Source: an uncultured virus (IMG/VR IMGVR_UViG_3300030329_004422) (taxonomy: Duplodnaviria; Heunggongvirae; Uroviricota; Caudoviricetes). From it: 64,000 nucleotides of DNA. This document shows positions 45,801 to 54,634 of this stretch, piece by piece. The stretch lies in the IMG/VR virus record IMGVR_UViG_3300030329_004422. One strand, 5' to 3'. A program made the translations under genes and the position numbers. Every line of letters begins with the position of its first letter. The first letter of the stretch is position 1. The notes under the pieces were generated by a model. That model had not been told where the DNA came from, made no database searches, and was given only the letters and a program-made list of their open reading frames with translations.

Positions 45801-48800
45801 TACCCCCTTCAAGACAAGTTTGGTACGACCCTTGAAGAAGTGATTGATCGTCTGAACAAATGGACGAAGTCGAAGGGCACGGTTGCCGAGGGCTGGACGT
45901 TCTCGGTGTTTGGTCCGAAGCGAAACGAAGACGGCACCCTGGGTGACTTTGTTCCGCCTGATTTTAAGAACAACAGCTATGACCAGAAGAACGCTTACAT
46001 TTACCAGCCTTATGATCCGAATGGTTCGTTCGATGATGTAGCGTACACGTATGCGTGGCGAGCAACTCACGAGATTGCACACGGCATTGTAAATGACAAG
46101 CTGACCGAGCAATATGGCGGACAGGGTCGCAGGGCCGGTGGTCTTGGCATTCTTTCCCGTGACGACAGTGGCAAGAACATTGTTGATCCGTTGTCTTTGG
46201 CACATGCTCTACGTGCTTTGGATTGGGAGCACGAAACCTTCGTGAAGCAACGGGAGATTCTGGAGCAAGACTTCGGCATCACGATTACCGATGAGCAGTT
46301 TAACCAAGAGTACATGCTGAACATGTCTGATGCTGTTCATCGCGTGCTGACGGGTCGTTTCAGCAACCCTGGTAAGTTGGGCGCCGTTCCTGTTTCAACG
46401 GACCCTGCAGTGGTTCTAGAGCGTGCAAAACAGACTGTGCGTGATGCTGCTGAGGCAATGGGCCTGGATATGGCCGAGAGTCTTGGTGATGCTGCCACAG
46501 TCCCATCAAAGGGTGTAACGGTTTATCATGGATCTGCTGCTGAAGACATTACGGCTTTTGATGTAAGTCGTGCAGGCGAGAAAGAGGGTGGTTTGTTGCC
46601 TGGGATTAGTTTTTCTAAAAATCCATCAACAGCGGAGTATTATCGCCCGAAAGACCCGGTATTGAAGCCTGAGTATCGCGAAGAATATGAGGGGCTCTTG
46701 CGTGACGAGAAGCGTTTAAAAGAACAGCTTTTAGCCAAAATCAATGCTGATCATGGGACGAGCCACACAGAGTATGTTGGTTTTTTAGAGGATGCTGAAG
46801 GCAACTACATAGACACTCGTAAATACCCAGAAGAACAAGAACTTGATCGAGTTACTAAAACGATTCTTCAGGTTCTGGATGACGCGGACAGCGAGTTTCC
46901 GAAGTTTCATACGCTTGTTCCATCAGGCAAGCTGTACGAGGTCAAGGTTGACCTTCAAGAGCCGTTCGTTTTTGATGCCAAGGGTGCTGCCTGGTCGCTC
47001 GATATGGACAAAAAAATACTCGCACAGATGCGCGAGGTTGGAGGTATGGATCAGTTTGATGGCGTAATCATCAAGGATGTCTATGACGGTAAGGCGGGTG
47101 ACATTGATGATATTTATGTTGTTTTTGACACTGACAGAATAGACCTACCCAAGCCCCCCGCCGACGCATTTACCCCCACATTAACAAGTAGTGGACAGAA
47201 TTTGGTTGTTTTTCATGCAACCCGAAAAGAATTCGATATTTCTGATTTCAAGCCATCCAAACGAGGTCGAATTGGTTCAGGAATTTATCTTACTACTGAA
47301 AAGAAAATACTAGATAAGCATTCAAAAGGTACTGGTGGTAATGTTATTCCATTGAATGTTGAAATGAAATCACCATTGTATCTCAGTGACAAGCTGACTC
47401 CAGAGGTTGAGTCTGTTTGGTCTTCTGCGATTGATGATGCGGGCGCTAGTGGTTCTGATTTTTTTAACAACCTGCGCAAAAAATATCCTTCTCGCGAATT
47501 GAAGCTTAAAGATGTCTACGAATCTTCTGGTGCTCGCGGAAAAAAACGAAGCTTAATACCGAAAGCAGATGAAAACTTTGCCCAGAGTCTTGCTCAATCT
47601 ATTGGTCACGACAGTGTTGTTTTGCACAAAGATCCATTTTTGGACGGTCGCGTTACGGAGGCTGTTGTATTTGACTCAAGACAATTAAGGTCTTCTCTTG
47701 AGTCCTCTGCCGACGCAGCCACCCCCGTCGCTGATCCCGATCCATTTCTTGAGAATCGTATTGAAGAGGCCGCTGAAGCCGGATCTAAAACCAAAAAAGA
47801 AGCCCGTGAGGCAGCGAGGCTCTGGAAAGAAAAAGGCACCGAGTCGAAGTATTTCAAACGGTGGTTTGGTAAGTCATTCTTGGTAGACTCGAAAGGTAAG
47901 CCTGTTCGTCTTTTTCATGGCACAGATAATGTATTCGACGTTTTTGCGGAGCCCGAGGGTCCAGGTTTGTTTGGTCAGGGCATCTACGCTACTTTTTTGC
48001 CTTATGTAGCAGACGAATACACTTCTCAATTGAGTAAGCTAGACAAAGATCCTTCGCTTCAGCCAAATATCATTCCAGGGTATGTATCGATTCAAAACCC
48101 GATATTTATCAAAGAGCCTGCTGATCCTGCATTGATTGAAGAGGCCAAGAAGGTAGCTGATTCTTTCTCTCGAAAGCTTTACCTTCCAAAAGGTGATCTC
48201 ACTACATTTGATGATTTGCTTTTGGCTCTTGATGATGTGACGCCAGATCGTAGAAGATATGTGGCTGCCCAAAGAAAGCTTCGATTGAAAATGGTAAAGC
48301 TTGGTTATGATGGAATGATCAATGCATCGAAAGCATCTTTTGAAAAAGCACAACAAATCGATTTTAAGAACACTACTATTTTCGATGACATTCCAAGGGA
48401 TATGCACATCATCCTAATGGACTCCAGTCAGTTTAAGTCTGATATCGGAAACTTAGGTACGTTTGATCCACTTGATCCAAGAATTCAGTATGGTTTGACA
48501 GGTGCAGCCATTCCAGCGGCAGCAGCATTGCAGCAATCAGACGAGGATGAGGGTGAGGGCAATCCTGTTGCTGAAGACTTTGAGGGTCCATTTATCTACA
48601 ACGAAACCCGTGATTATTCTGGCGTATCCGAAATGGTAAACACCATGCGTGACGCTCAGGCTAGATATGAAGACCTTTTATCGGAAATCAACATCATCGA
48701 AGCTGAATATTCGAGCCTTACTCAAGAAGATCGTGATGGTGATCGTGGCCGTCTTTTAAGCGAATGGCACGATAAAACCCTTGATGAATACTCCAGCGTG

Positions 48801-49232
48801 GGTGATTTCATTGATGAGAGCGCGTATACCCGCTTTTTGATGGGTTCAGATGTGTATTTTGATACTCAACCCACCGATATTCGTGGTTTTGATGAGCGTA
48901 GGGGCTTCCGTCAGGTTGGTTTGACCGATGAACCAATGACAATGGACATATCTACTCGTCGAAAACAAGAAAATGAGCAACGGTTTAAGCTGCAAAAGAC
49001 AATGGAAAATGGAGGCCCATACGTCGATTTCTTTGGCAAATTGGGCGATCTGAACAAATATCTGTACAAAAAGGCGTCTTTTTTTGGAGAACCAGTGCAA
49101 ACTGTGCAGTTAAATGGTCATGAAAAGAGAATGTTGTACTCTGATGAGGTAAACTTGAAACGACTGTACGATTCAGGTTTGGTATCTTATCTGTTATATA
49201 GAGAGTTGGTTGGCGACGTAGAGTTGCTGTAG
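42837..49232 (+). CDS. Polyvalent protein: Gly-rich membrane segment, HExxH zincin-like motif and three ART-PolyVal-like domains
   Basis: HEIAH at 46068; three units of (Y/F)H(G/A)(S/T)...GI(S/Y)...(Q/S/N)P...DG/DS...VFD..Q. Confidence 0.75.
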   Translation: MASEDAILMGSFRDPNARSVEPATFDSSIDEVQAEESLDDLRSRYDELLESSPAVEAEPEESESGFTNQLLGSLERTLVADNPRLSGRAIEGLGRVTGIESMQEFGEKIVREFDQSDNPDEFVPTVSTYKDVDGLQSFLDYAGSTLGQGLGSLGVVVGGGAAGAAAGSVIPVVGTAAGAVVGATGSGFLLNYGDTYEYLVEQEGMDPNDAAPYALIPAAGMAVLDTAGVGLVLKPAKDALKKNLVKRTAQLALRGAGSESLTETAQQVIQESAGEMAEALGLAKNDIVASQRFENTANAFLGSLLPGAVFGAASAPLQRPVDKPDDTPPSKPDEFGIPPFSPNEEFLTDENIDQIKKIVRPGYAYFTNSVGSLNQATRAEKLGGVNVIGQGIAESGLLFNERNKGLRIRPFMHPLGAMEDADGTSVAEQLKKAVERGNYLRNAPLTFVYELPIGDVPFQSKVIDGTTIYDGRDDVILNAAKALGLPGTELATAAADSIKEKKGVSRGRDLNRVMPPEFIKGVFVNGQLMTLDDYKASLGLDVDKGSAVEVSAAVAQSEENAPEAAPLPVVESEPVRVTAALTGVQDARDDMKKLKNQFLEESRAIVEAEKRGDNVEPLRKAVKTIENKIFADFEAGLRSLLERDGDIEIVSFERGLGGWAGQKLEPNLRIEVSGDKDTVLSRITEFNQTSGMSGPDAVPQGGALNRILVETIQDKPDVIDLYDAANIEENKKLVWDDNGAERLATLQIDLPAEMLTPESLASLGDIFAEDQLGFTVDRKNNRIELIHTPEWSRSNAQDTLTAFVDAARHLRGIANQNYGSEVSFRWIKEEIQISAPESDVINIKNSFSDGDSAYRVVGYTELRKNVQDDYRGEDSGTVRDRSDSEGQEAGPDAGDSGRPDAGESGVNVEALDDATRGAAAANRSLSKLSTYGKFVLRGIGREESIGLDRLHAGAEQKGLKVDADASRALMARMGLEFSDSDTSAGLKIYPLQDKFGTTLEEVIDRLNKWTKSKGTVAEGWTFSVFGPKRNEDGTLGDFVPPDFKNNSYDQKNAYIYQPYDPNGSFDDVAYTYAWRATHEIAHGIVNDKLTEQYGGQGRRAGGLGILSRDDSGKNIVDPLSLAHALRALDWEHETFVKQREILEQDFGITITDEQFNQEYMLNMSDAVHRVLTGRFSNPGKLGAVPVSTDPAVVLERAKQTVRDAAEAMGLDMAESLGDAATVPSKGVTVYHGSAAEDITAFDVSRAGEKEGGLLPGISFSKNPSTAEYYRPKDPVLKPEYREEYEGLLRDEKRLKEQLLAKINADHGTSHTEYVGFLEDAEGNYIDTRKYPEEQELDRVTKTILQVLDDADSEFPKFHTLVPSGKLYEVKVDLQEPFVFDAKGAAWSLDMDKKILAQMREVGGMDQFDGVIIKDVYDGKAGDIDDIYVVFDTDRIDLPKPPADAFTPTLTSSGQNLVVFHATRKEFDISDFKPSKRGRIGSGIYLTTEKKILDKHSKGTGGNVIPLNVEMKSPLYLSDKLTPEVESVWSSAIDDAGASGSDFFNNLRKKYPSRELKLKDVYESSGARGKKRSLIPKADENFAQSLAQSIGHDSVVLHKDPFLDGRVTEAVVFDSRQLRSSLESSADAATPVADPDPFLENRIEEAAEAGSKTKKEAREAARLWKEKGTESKYFKRWFGKSFLVDSKGKPVRLFHGTDNVFDVFAEPEGPGLFGQGIYATFLPYVADEYTSQLSKLDKDPSLQPNIIPGYVSIQNPIFIKEPADPALIEEAKKVADSFSRKLYLPKGDLTTFDDLLLALDDVTPDRRRYVAAQRKLRLKMVKLGYDGMINASKASFEKAQQIDFKNTTIFDDIPRDMHIILMDSSQFKSDIGNLGTFDPLDPRIQYGLTGAAIPAAAALQQSDEDEGEGNPVAEDFEGPFIYNETRDYSGVSEMVNTMRDAQARYEDLLSEINIIEAEYSSLTQEDRDGDRGRLLSEWHDKTLDEYSSVGDFIDESAYTRFLMGSDVYFDTQPTDIRGFDERRGFRQVGLTDEPMTMDISTRRKQENEQRFKLQKTMENGGPYVDFFGKLGDLNKYLYKKASFFGEPVQTVQLNGHEKRMLYSDEVNLKRLYDSGLVSYLLYRELVGDVELL

Positions 49233-49234
49233 GA

Positions 49235-50653
49235 GTGGATATGTCTAGAAACAGAATCACATCTGAAGATGCTTTGTTGATCAATCAGATCGCAACCGGC
49301 ATTAAAAATGGCGACGACGTTAGAGACATGCTTTCTCAAATCACCGACATGACTAAATCAAAAAGAGATCGTGTTTTGAAATCTCTAGGTGATGAGTTGA
49401 ATAGGCTTGATGTAACACAAAGACGCTTGAAGCTTGAAAGCAAAACTCCTGGCGAAAAGTTTTTCGTAGATATGCCAACCAAGGGTCCAATGCGTGAGTT
49501 GCAAGCATTGAAGCGTACTTCTGCTGTGCAGTTGAGAAAAGATCCCGAATCAGGGAAAATCAGAATGGTTCCTGCTGGAACATTGATGGTTGAGCCTGAA
49601 GGCAAAATTGGCATGTACATCCCAGGCATTCAGCCGGGTACTGAAATGTCTGAGGTTGAGGGTGCGATTGCTGAGTTGAAGGCACGTGGAGAATACAAGC
49701 CTATTTATGACACAGAGCCAATGCTCTTGGCTGCCGCGATTAATGATATGTATGAAGGGCCTGACCTGCCGTATAAGCAACAGGTTTCCCAGGCTGTTCG
49801 ATCCGCTGGTTTGCCACGGGCCACGATGCCTGGAATGCGCCCAGTGTCTTTGATGGAGCGTAATCTTGAATTGGAGCGTATGGAGCGTAATTCCGATTTC
49901 TACAGGAAAGAAAACCCTATGATGGGTCCGCCTGATCCTACACCCATGCAGATGCGTAAAATGGCAGAACCTGTGGATTCGAGCCCCCCGGCTAGCAAAG
50001 ACATGGGATTCATGGATCGGACGCAAGCCAGAATGGATTCGATACAAGACGGCTTCCAAGTGGGCTACGAACCGGTTGCCAAAGACATGGGCTACCAACC
50101 GACTCAAAAAACTTCCGAGTCGGGCACACCTCTTTATGAAAGGTCTAAATTGGCCGATATTCTCAACTTTGCGTCGGTTCCTACCACGGCGTTGGCAGAA
50201 TCAGACATCGGGTTCGACACCCCTATAGGTCCAGCGGGCACACCTGAGTACATGAGGCGTGAATTAAACCTACCCAAAACGCCTTCCGAGTCGGGTCCAC
50301 AGTCTGCCACTCTTGCGGAGTTGCGGAGCCAAAAGGCGTATGATCGTGGGTTCCGTAGGTTCTTGCAAGACCGTGAGCAATACCAGTCATCGCAACGACC
50401 ATCGATTGCTGAAGAAGAAGAGTTTTTCAAAGGTGGTTCGATGCTTGCAGAGTCTGCGCGTCAGCGTGCGATTAAAGACCGTGACACGGCCTCTATCGAG
50501 GCTTTGGGCTTTGCAGAGGGTCAAGAGTTTGCGGAGCGTGAAACGCAGAGCACAGTTGACAGAGCCCTTCGTGGTGGGTTGAGGATGGAGCCCACCCGTG
50601 AAGACATTGCTTTTATGGAATCTGTCGAAGAAACTCCACCGGAAATGCTGTAG
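49235..50653 (+). CDS. Hypothetical low-complexity protein, possibly internal virion
   Basis: 472-aa ORF with AGGAG RBS; Met/Pro/Glu-rich. Confidence 0.55.
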   Translation: MDMSRNRITSEDALLINQIATGIKNGDDVRDMLSQITDMTKSKRDRVLKSLGDELNRLDVTQRRLKLESKTPGEKFFVDMPTKGPMRELQALKRTSAVQLRKDPESGKIRMVPAGTLMVEPEGKIGMYIPGIQPGTEMSEVEGAIAELKARGEYKPIYDTEPMLLAAAINDMYEGPDLPYKQQVSQAVRSAGLPRATMPGMRPVSLMERNLELERMERNSDFYRKENPMMGPPDPTPMQMRKMAEPVDSSPPASKDMGFMDRTQARMDSIQDGFQVGYEPVAKDMGYQPTQKTSESGTPLYERSKLADILNFASVPTTALAESDIGFDTPIGPAGTPEYMRRELNLPKTPSESGPQSATLAELRSQKAYDRGFRRFLQDREQYQSSQRPSIAEEEEFFKGGSMLAESARQRAIKDRDTASIEALGFAEGQEFAERETQSTVDRALRGGLRMEPTREDIAFMESVEETPPEML

Positions 50654-50662
50654 GACATATCA

Positions 50663-50959
50663 ATGAAACCGATGAATAGTGACGATCAGAAACGAAGAAT
50701 GGCTGCACTGGCAGAGGGTAAACGCATTGTTACCAAGCGTTACCGCAACCCTGTCTATGGTAGCCGTTCTTTGAGCCAAAACGTTGAAGAAGAAATGGGC
50801 AACCCAGCGCCTGCGCGAGTCGATAAAAAAGAAGCAGCTAAAAAGGCTATGGACAAGTTTTTCAATAGAGGCCCTGGTGTTGACGTAAGCAAGCTGCCCC
50901 GCGCAAGTGGTGTTGGTAATCCTCACATGAAGAAGTCTAAGTCTAAGTACGGAATATAG
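50663..50959 (+). CDS. Hypothetical basic protein
   Basis: Operonic ORF. Confidence 0.5.
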   Translation: MKPMNSDDQKRRMAALAEGKRIVTKRYRNPVYGSRSLSQNVEEEMGNPAPARVDKKEAAKKAMDKFFNRGPGVDVSKLPRASGVGNPHMKKSKSKYGI

Positions 50960-50983
50960 AATGGCACAGAAGGTGAAGGGCTA

Positions 50984-51394
50984 ATGTTTGATCAAATGTT
51001 TATCAGAAAGATGGGCGGCATTGGTCAGCCAAGTGCATGTCCTGAAGCCACCCAGAATCTTGACCTGAATCTGGAAAACAGGCAGAAAGCAATCGATACA
51101 AAGATGTATGGCCCCGCCAATCCACAGTTAGATATGCAGGGTGACAACGATCGCTTCTGGCAGCAATACGCACAGAAGTTTAATGATTCTGTGGAAAACG
51201 TAATGCAGATGCGTTGCGGGAATTGTTCTTTCTTCGATCGATCTCCAGACATTTTAGACTGTATTGAAAAGGGTATTGGTGATCAGGCAGATCCCGAAAT
51301 GGCGGTTGAGGCCGGTGAGTTGGGATATTGTCAGGCGCTTGATTTTAAATGTGCGTCCATGCGCGTGTGCGTTGTTTGGGCGGGGAGAGTTTGA
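50984..51394 (+). CDS. Cys-rich protein with a HiPIP-like motif
   Basis: CGNCSFF...GYC..L.F.C....C..W. Confidence 0.5.
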   Translation: MFDQMFIRKMGGIGQPSACPEATQNLDLNLENRQKAIDTKMYGPANPQLDMQGDNDRFWQQYAQKFNDSVENVMQMRCGNCSFFDRSPDILDCIEKGIGDQADPEMAVEAGELGYCQALDFKCASMRVCVVWAGRV

Positions 51395-51879
51395 TGTTTT
51401 ATTATGACCACGCAATGAGTCGGGACGATGTTTATGATCAACCAAAACCTGCTCCAGAAAAGTTGGATTTGGTTGGTGGTCTTCGTGCTATGTCAATGTT
51501 CAAGCGTGAACCCGGCCCACTGAGCCCGACAGATATCAGCCAAGAAGTGAAACACGCGCTTGCTTCTCATCCAGGCTGCGTGATTGAGTTGTCTGATGGT
51601 GGCTTTCTTTCTGATTCATTGATTCGTGAATTGGAACAAATGATGAAAGATGAAAGCGAAACCCAAAGCGCTGACATGTCTAATGTTCTGCCGTCTGGAT
51701 TTGTGGTTATGGTTGGTGGAACGTCTATCGATGACGGTGCTGGCAATCCGGGTGACGAAAACAAAAGAATAGCAAAACACATGCGTATGGAATACGGTAA
51801 GAAACCAAACATGAGCCCAAGCGAGAGAAAGCAGGCGCTTGCGATTGGTTACAGTAAATCAAAAAGAAGGAAAAGGTAA
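51394..51879 (+). CDS. Hypothetical protein with C-terminal KQALAIGYSK motif (DUF6496-like)
   Basis: TGATG overlap; motif. Confidence 0.45.
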   Translation: MFYYDHAMSRDDVYDQPKPAPEKLDLVGGLRAMSMFKREPGPLSPTDISQEVKHALASHPGCVIELSDGGFLSDSLIRELEQMMKDESETQSADMSNVLPSGFVVMVGGTSIDDGAGNPGDENKRIAKHMRMEYGKKPNMSPSERKQALAIGYSKSKRRKR

Positions 51880-52289
51880 TGAGTGTAAATAAAGCGATTT
51901 TGGTAGGCCGTCTTGGCGCAGACCCTGAACTTCGTACTACGGCTGGTGGAACATCGGTTGTGAATATTCGATTGGCAACAAGTGATCGCCGCAAAGAAGG
52001 TGACCAATGGGTCGATCATACAGAGTGGCACAACGTCACGGTATGGGGCCGCTCTGCAGACAACGTAGCCAAGTACTGCACTAAGGGTAAAGAGTTGTTC
52101 GTAGAGGGCAGAATCCAAACACGTAAGTACCAGGACAAGAGTGGTGCTGATCGGTACGCGACTGAGATCGTTGCTGACAATATCCGTTTCTTGGGATCTA
52201 AATCAGACTCAGACAACGGCTTTCAGAGATCTCGTCCTGCTCAACAGTTGAACGGATCTTCGCCATCAGATGAAGAAATACCATTCTAA
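51879..52289 (+). CDS. ssb: Single-stranded DNA-binding protein
   Basis: VNKAILVGRLGADPELR, TEWH, VEGRIQTR, acidic DEEIPF tail. Confidence 0.95.
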   Translation: MSVNKAILVGRLGADPELRTTAGGTSVVNIRLATSDRRKEGDQWVDHTEWHNVTVWGRSADNVAKYCTKGKELFVEGRIQTRKYQDKSGADRYATEIVADNIRFLGSKSDSDNGFQRSRPAQQLNGSSPSDEEIPF

Positions 52290-52456
52290 TTTTTGTTGTG
52301 TATTTCTTTTTTGAAAAGTGTTGTTAATCGTTCGATGTACGACCTTTTCTTTTCTGGTTCTTCAGGTGGTTTTTCGTCGCTGATTTTCCCGTCTTTCTTG
52401 AGTTTGTCGAGTACTTTTTCAAACTCAACAAAATGAGGATTTTCTGTCTTCGCCAT
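52286..52456 (-). CDS. 56-aa charged peptide (not in ORF track)
   Basis: MAKTENPHFVEFEKVLDKLKK...; fills the gap and is divergent from the terminase genes. Confidence 0.4.
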   Translation of the reverse strand: MAKTENPHFVEFEKVLDKLKKDGKISDEKPPEEPEKKRSYIERLTTLFKKEIHNKN

Positions 52457-52502
52457 AGTGCTCTCTTTTTTGTGTATGATATTTACACTGTAGGAGTTTA
52501 AG

Positions 52503-53066
52503 ATGTCTGATGAAAAAGACGATAGTGATATTGTATTCTTTTCGCATCGAGTTGGTGGAAAGGACGTAGAACATAACCATCATTTGGAGCATCCAGAAGT
52601 GCAAAAATGGCTTGATCCGGGTGACATTGGTTTTAAGCCGACCAAGCAACAAGAAATGTTTCGCGATTTAGCGTACAAGATGGCTCGTCGCGGAAAGTTT
52701 TTTCGTGGTGAATGGTTCCAAGCAACGGCTCAAAAGGGCTACAAGGGTGTCCGCATCAATGAGCGTGTATGGTTGCGATGGTGTGGCGAGAGTGACCAAT
52801 TCAAGATGTGGTTCTACGAAGACTTTCCTGAAACAAAGGAAATGAGTGAAGAAGAATTCGCAATGATGGACTCTCAATACTGGACGGGTGTTCGTGATGC
52901 GATGACGGAAGGCGAAGAATGGGCCTTTCGTCAGTACTCTAAGACCCGATTTGATTCTGCTGCAGCCAAGAAAGATCAGGCCGAAAGTGAGTCTTTGACT
53001 GAATTGCGTTCGTATTTTGATACCGGTAGTGGTGATGCGTGGTCAGTTAAGCCGGGTGAGGCATAG
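52503..53066 (+). CDS. Putative terminase small subunit
   Basis: Immediately upstream of and coupled to TerL; position only. Confidence 0.45.
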   Translation: MSDEKDDSDIVFFSHRVGGKDVEHNHHLEHPEVQKWLDPGDIGFKPTKQQEMFRDLAYKMARRGKFFRGEWFQATAQKGYKGVRINERVWLRWCGESDQFKMWFYEDFPETKEMSEEEFAMMDSQYWTGVRDAMTEGEEWAFRQYSKTRFDSAAAKKDQAESESLTELRSYFDTGSGDAWSVKPGEA

Positions 53067-54634
53067 TGGATGCACGGGACAAAAAGCGACTTGCTCAACT
53101 TGCCCAAAAACCGGGCGAGTTTATCAGCAGGTTAAAAATCGTAGATGAGAAGGGTCAGGAACGGGCGTTTTGTACACCATTCGCTGAACAGGTACTGGCC
53201 CTTGACGATTTTTGTTCCGATGCAGAAACGGTCATTCACTACAAACCACGGCAGATTGGTGACACGACCGTAGCCACCGCATACAATTTTAACTACCTGT
53301 ATTGGGTTCAAGATCCTGCACGATGTCTTGTTGTTGCTGACTCTTACGATTCGACAGATGCAATCTTTGGGCGTGTGCGTCACTACTATCGATCACTGCC
53401 TTCTATGCTGAAGAAGCCGATTGAGCGTTCGAACAAGCGTGAGTTGATATTCAAAGACAGTATGGCCGGTTTCCGGTGCATGACTGCGGGCGGTAAGAGT
53501 GACGCGCGTGGTTGGACGTATCAGCGTCTACATGCCGATGAGTTGGCGTTCTGGCCCAATGCCGAGGATGTATGGGCATCTGTTACCTCAACGCTCCACG
53601 AAGGCCCACACAAGAAGATTATCATTATCTCTACTGCTGACGGCCCTGGTAATCTATTCCATTCGAAGGTCTTGAGTGCGATTGAGGCTCAACGAATGGG
53701 CGACCCGTCTGTTCGTTTCCGGTTCTTCAAATGGTCCGATCACTTGGCATACCAGGCAGAGGTGCCAGATGGTTGGGAGCCTGATCAGGAAGAGTATTTG
53801 TTGGCTCAGCAGCATGGCCTTTCGATGGAGCAACTGTACTGGAGACACGACAGAATACATGGCGTGAATGGTATTGGTCTGCGTCGGTTCAGGCGAGAGT
53901 ACCCCCTTACTATTGAGGACGGCTTTGCCATACATGACGGTAGTTGGTTTGATACTGATTACCTTAACAATGTGCTTTCTTCTCTGAAGCCTGTAGAAGG
54001 TGAGTTGAGGATCTATGAAAGGCCGTACCCTGGTTTAAACTATGCAGTCGGCGTGGACCCATCTTGGTGTAACGGTGGGGATTACGCAGTTGCACAAGTC
54101 TTGAGTGCAGACGGTCGTCAAGTGGCTACACTTTCTATGAATCAAGGCGGTGAGATTCTTTTTGCTCAGAAAGCTGCTGAATTGGCCCTTCATTACAACA
54201 AGGCCCGTACACTGATTGAGGCAAATACCGGTGGTGCTGGGCCTGTGGTTATTCGTGAGTTTCAGAAATTGGGCTTACCTTTATGGCACAAGCCGCCACA
54301 GCCAGGACAGGCTGCGAGTAAAACACCGAAGTTTTGGCAAACAACACGCGGAAGTAAAGAGCATGGTTATGCACACTTGCGTCAAATTGTTAATAGTGAT
54401 GCACTAACTTTAAACGACTTATCTACCGTACAAGAACTAATGCATGTCAGGGAACAAAATGGGCGAATAGAAGGCCAGGATGGATATCATGACGATCATG
54501 CCGATGCTTTGATGCTTGCTGAGTGGAATCGTCGTAAGATGCCACAAGCAAAAGATATTCCCAAACGTGGCGTGAGAAGATACCATTCTCGCAAAAATCC
54601 ATTTAATTCTTTGAGTAGAGTGAAGGTATCATGA
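53066..54634 (+). CDS. terL: Terminase large subunit
   Basis: KPRQIGDTT Walker A variant, LHADE Walker B, ISTA.G, FRREYP, VGVDPS, IEAN, HDD..DA. Confidence 0.92.
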   Translation: MDARDKKRLAQLAQKPGEFISRLKIVDEKGQERAFCTPFAEQVLALDDFCSDAETVIHYKPRQIGDTTVATAYNFNYLYWVQDPARCLVVADSYDSTDAIFGRVRHYYRSLPSMLKKPIERSNKRELIFKDSMAGFRCMTAGGKSDARGWTYQRLHADELAFWPNAEDVWASVTSTLHEGPHKKIIIISTADGPGNLFHSKVLSAIEAQRMGDPSVRFRFFKWSDHLAYQAEVPDGWEPDQEEYLLAQQHGLSMEQLYWRHDRIHGVNGIGLRRFRREYPLTIEDGFAIHDGSWFDTDYLNNVLSSLKPVEGELRIYERPYPGLNYAVGVDPSWCNGGDYAVAQVLSADGRQVATLSMNQGGEILFAQKAAELALHYNKARTLIEANTGGAGPVVIREFQKLGLPLWHKPPQPGQAASKTPKFWQTTRGSKEHGYAHLRQIVNSDALTLNDLSTVQELMHVREQNGRIEGQDGYHDDHADALMLAEWNRRKMPQAKDIPKRGVRRYHSRKNPFNSLSRVKVS

